64,000 nucleotides of DNA from a virus (lineage: Duplodnaviria; Caudoviricetes), in the IMG/VR virus record IMGVR_UViG_3300009671_000010, positions 47,473 through 111,472 of that record. One strand, given 5' to 3'. Position 1 is the first letter of the stretch. Every line of letters begins with the position of its first letter. A model generated the notes under the pieces. That model searched no databases, was not told the origin of the DNA, and saw nothing but the letters and a program-made list of their open reading frames with translations. The position numbers were made by a program, and so were the translations under genes. This document shows positions 60,760-64,000 of the stretch, piece after piece.

Positions 60760-61319
60760 ATATTAATTACTTCTGTATAACTATTATCAGAATGTATAAC
60801 TTCTGATTGTATATGTGACATTTTTTCTTTACACATATTAATAATATTACTTAATGTATGATTATTATATCTTACTATCCACTTATGACCATAACTATAT
60901 TCGATTGATAAATCTTGATTAATCTCACCATCTAAATCAGTTCTTAATCTTAACATTTCACTATTATTCATGTATGCTTTACACTTAGAATTATCTTTTA
61001 AAGTTAATTCTGCTATACCATATGATGCAGCTAAACTATTATGAATAATTATCTTTTCTGAATTTGTACATTCTTTAAATACTTGAATGAATTTTTTAAT
61101 ATCCTTATCTTCAACTATTAAACATCTATTAAATGAATAAATTTCAAGTGATTTTACATATATAGTTTTTTTACTTTGTGATTTAATATCTTTAGTACTT
61201 ACTCCACAAAATACACATATATGATCTTTATATTCATATTCTCTTTTAGCAGAATTCCAATAATGCTCATATGATGGTTTGGAAGGAAGTATTCCTTTAC
61301 AATTTTGACATTGATACAT
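60756..61319 (-). CDS. Zn-ribbon hypothetical protein
   Basis: CQNC...CVFC. Confidence 0.55.
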   Translation of the reverse strand: MYQCQNCKGILPSKPSYEHYWNSAKREYEYKDHICVFCGVSTKDIKSQSKKTIYVKSLEIYSFNRCLIVEDKDIKKFIQVFKECTNSEKIIIHNSLAASYGIAELTLKDNSKCKAYMNNSEMLRLRTDLDGEINQDLSIEYSYGHKWIVRYNNHTLSNIINMCKEKMSHIQSEVIHSDNSYTEVINI

Positions 61320-61320
61320 T

Positions 61321-64000
61321 TTATATTTTCTCCATTGGTACTTTATCTAGTTCTTTTTTTGATTTTTTTGGTATATTTAATTCTGAAAACATATCAGTTT
61401 GTTCTACTCTATGAATGTCAAATCTATCAAATACCTTATCTATCATTTTTTCATAATATGTAAGATTGAGTTCTTTTATAGAATTAACATACTTAGAAAA
61501 AGTATAGTTCCAATTTGATGTTTTCTTATAATAATCTCTAAGTTCTACAAATGGTAACTGTTCTTTTGTAACAAAATAATTAATTTGAGTGTCTTTCTCA
61601 CATATTTGACCAGTTTTCATTTCCATTTGTTTAGCCAATAATAACTTCATATCAGTTTGATCATCATAATCAATTTGTTCTTTAGAAAGTTTTACTCTTT
61701 CTTCAAACCAACTAAGATCTAGATTATTAAAGTTATATGCTTCTCTTATGACTTCTTCTATAGGTTTATTATTAAACCAATGTGCAATAGCAAGATCGAT
61801 TGATCTATCAACTACTTTAGCAACTTTGGATGATTTCATTGAAACACCATGTTTAATAAATTTACCTTTATCTTCAACAACATAGTTTTTCATTGCATAA
61901 AAATATGCTCGTCCAAAATGTTCTAATTCCATTTGCATGAAATTTTCATTTATACCAAATCTTGTTTTTATTAAATCTGTTAATTTTTTATTAATATCTA
62001 TGTCATTTACAGTCTTATCTAGTATTAATCCATCTGTATTATGAAGTACAATATTTCCTAATGCAGTTACAAAAGTTCCATCATCAGTTGAAACATCATA
62101 TACTGTTTCGGATTTTGATATAATATTATTTTGTAGAACTATGTTGGTATTTATATTTCTTAATTTACCTGATTTATATTCTACTCTTTTTCTATAAGTA
62201 GTTATGTTTAATTTATCTGATCTTACTACACAAATTGTTTTATGTCCTAATGAATTCCAAAGATACCTTATTCCAGCACTTAAACTTTTAAATTTAGAAT
62301 CAAGCGACTCTATTTTTCTATTATCCTTAGTTATTACATTATATCCATCACCAATCATTATTCCATCTAGAAAAGAAGATTTCATATTATTTGTACCATT
62401 AAGTATAAATATTGGTATTTTCTTATCTTTTCTATTTAATGTATAACAATTTTCTTTTAGCCAGTCACATATAATTTTATTATAACCACCTTGTACTTTA
62501 TAAACAGCTGAACTAGACATGGTATTGTGTAGTCTGAATTTAGAATTTCCAAATTCTGGCTTATTAAAATATTTATTTGATAAGTATTCAACTCTTCGCA
62601 TGAGTTCTATGTTATTGCCATTAAAACTAACTTGTCTTTTTTCTTTTCCAGTTTTTGTGTATCCTTCATATACAGAACCTTTAGCTATTAAAAATCCAAG
62701 TAACCAACAGAATTCATTATCAAACTTAGGTAGAATACTACTTGTAATTGGATTATATATCGTTTCGATGTTAGTTGTATTTACAATTATATTTTTTGGA
62801 GCTACCTCTTTCTTATTAGTTGTAAATAAAGAATGGTCGGATGTAACATCTACATATCCATCAGATATTTTTACTCGGTGTATATCTTTTTTAACACTAT
62901 GTTTTTTAGTGTATTTTATATTTTTCCAACCATTTCTGGTTAAAATCTCATAATTTCCTGAGTATTTTTTTCTTTTTAAATTTGACCTATGTAGATCTTC
63001 AATCGGAATGATATTAATATCTCCACTATGTTTATCTCTTACATATATAGGTGTATCTCCTACTACGCTGTCAGTTTCAACTAAGTCATCAGCTAGCCAT
63101 TGCATTACATTTGTAGTGGTCCATCTACATAAACCAGTAACTAATAGTCCGCATATTGTATCTCCATAAGATGTGGTTTTTAATCCAAAAAAACCATATA
63201 TAGAATTAAGAATAACTTTAATAGCATTCTGCTGAGAATTTAGTATTTCCCATTCCTCAGGTGGACATGTTTTTTGTTCTTTCTTAATCTTTTTTCTTTC
63301 AGCTTTTAATATACCAATTTTAGTTTTTAAAAAGCTGTTAAAATTGTTTTTAACTTTAATTACGATATCACAATTAAAATTAGCATCTGGTATAACATAC
63401 CAATTATATGAACTATCTTGTGTAAAACTATATTTACCTGTATATGGTCTTACTTCAACTAGCGATACTGTATCGGGTCCAATATTCCATGTCTGAATTG
63501 CTGATGGATATTGACTTGAGAAGTCCAGTTTATTTACATTGTCAAAGAAACCAGCTTTATATAAACCTACAATAGCACCTTGATATTTTAATTCTTTACC
63601 CTCAAATTTTCTAAACTTAGCTAGTGATCCATTAACACTATTATATTTTTGAAAGTTTGTTTCAGTGCTAATAAGTCTAAGTTTTTCCATTTCTCTAGCA
63701 ATTATAATTTTAGGAATAAAACTAGAAAACATATTTATAATACTACTTAATGGGCAACCTACCATTTCAGCTAGAGTAATACAGTTACGAAGATATACAT
63801 TTCCAACATGCTCAGTTCTTATAACATCATCATATTGATATGCATATAGTCTATCTGGATTTTCATTAAATAACTTTAATAAATTTGCTATTTCATCTGG
63901 TAATTCTACGTCATCTATGGGTGCTTTATAAAATCTTGCTAAATCTTTTAATGACTTAGACTTAATACCACTATTTCCACACCATAATGAATAACCATTC
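61321..64000 (-). CDS. polB: Family B DNA polymerase (5' part outside window) with intein(s)
   Basis: DFSSQYPS, KVILNSIYG, ETD|TDG and KNY motifs. The frame is open to the window edge and includes ExoIII-like YQYDDV. Confidence 0.93.
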   Translation of the reverse strand, partial: NGYSLWCGNSGIKSKSLKDLARFYKAPIDDVELPDEIANLLKLFNENPDRLYAYQYDDVIRTEHVGNVYLRNCITLAEMVGCPLSSIINMFSSFIPKIIIAREMEKLRLISTETNFQKYNSVNGSLAKFRKFEGKELKYQGAIVGLYKAGFFDNVNKLDFSSQYPSAIQTWNIGPDTVSLVEVRPYTGKYSFTQDSSYNWYVIPDANFNCDIVIKVKNNFNSFLKTKIGILKAERKKIKKEQKTCPPEEWEILNSQQNAIKVILNSIYGFFGLKTTSYGDTICGLLVTGLCRWTTTNVMQWLADDLVETDSVVGDTPIYVRDKHSGDINIIPIEDLHRSNLKRKKYSGNYEILTRNGWKNIKYTKKHSVKKDIHRVKISDGYVDVTSDHSLFTTNKKEVAPKNIIVNTTNIETIYNPITSSILPKFDNEFCWLLGFLIAKGSVYEGYTKTGKEKRQVSFNGNNIELMRRVEYLSNKYFNKPEFGNSKFRLHNTMSSSAVYKVQGGYNKIICDWLKENCYTLNRKDKKIPIFILNGTNNMKSSFLDGIMIGDGYNVITKDNRKIESLDSKFKSLSAGIRYLWNSLGHKTICVVRSDKLNITTYRKRVEYKSGKLRNINTNIVLQNNIISKSETVYDVSTDDGTFVTALGNIVLHNTDGLILDKTVNDIDINKKLTDLIKTRFGINENFMQMELEHFGRAYFYAMKNYVVEDKGKFIKHGVSMKSSKVAKVVDRSIDLAIAHWFNNKPIEEVIREAYNFNNLDLSWFEERVKLSKEQIDYDDQTDMKLLLAKQMEMKTGQICEKDTQINYFVTKEQLPFVELRDYYKKTSNWNYTFSKYVNSIKELNLTYYEKMIDKVFDRFDIHRVEQTDMFSELNIPKKSKKELDKVPMEKI
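62038..63069 (-). mobile_element. Intein in PolB motif C (344 aa)
   Basis: Starts SVVGDTPIYVR, has block B VTSDHSL, ends FVTALGNIVLHN|T; LAGLIDADG motifs LLGFLIAKG and FLDGIMIGDG. Confidence 0.93.
63973..64000 (-). mobile_element. Probable C-terminal end of a second PolB intein
   Basis: Edge translation NGYSLWCGN|SGIKSKSLKDLARFY resembles NG...WxGN intein termini with a +1 Ser. Confidence 0.45.

Noticed and set aside
36209-62953. Short + strand ORFs opposite the minus-strand genes (e.g. 49972, 51127, 58566, 62519)
   Set aside because: Antisense shadows of well-supported genes.
63763-63765. PolB start at ATG 63765, and likewise the hub start at 127
   Set aside because: Both frames remain open to the window edges with protein-like sequence, so both genes are truncated by the window.
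1-64000. Genome-wide stop-codon recoding (code 4, 15 or 25)
   Set aside because: Long genes are uninterrupted in code 11, and both TGA (ATGA overlaps at 24219 and 26260) and TAG (5709, 34130) end genes at sensible boundaries.
1-64000. tRNA, rRNA or group I intron
   Set aside because: Intergenic spaces are very short, no cloverleaf or T-loop motifs were noticed, and the insertions in enzymes are in-frame with intein termini. A covariance-model search was not possible.

Overview
Very AT-rich segment of a large (jumbo-type) tailed dsDNA phage with a contractile-tail baseplate, read in standard code 11. The left part (1-35621, + strand) is one tightly packed virion module: baseplate hub, spike, gp25-like and J-like wedge proteins, a mosaic 1605-aa tail fibre, a radical SAM enzyme fused to a paralog of the small post-fibre protein, and a family of paralogous virion proteins. 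Many of these proteins are enriched in x-Ser-Gly-hydrophobic motifs. The right part (35628-64000, mostly - strand) carries Hsp20 (sigma54-type promoter plus IHF-type site), ClpP, and a 9-gene glycan synthesis/modification cluster including a GT4 with two inteins. It also carries an intein-containing primase-helicase, ERF, an HNH nuclease, an RNA ligase, a Cas4-like nuclease, a C-terminally truncated sigma70-family factor, a Gp88-like protein and an intein-containing family B DNA polymerase cut by the window edge. Arrays of very basic Tyr/Arg/Ser/Thr-rich micro-ORFs are interspersed. Best candidates for an undescribed system: (i) phage-encoded virion glycosylation at Ser-Gly sequons; (ii) the basic micropeptide arrays; (iii) the tail-fibre-linked radical SAM fusion; (iv) a possibly split sigma factor. 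All calls come from motif recognition by eye, and no database searches were run.
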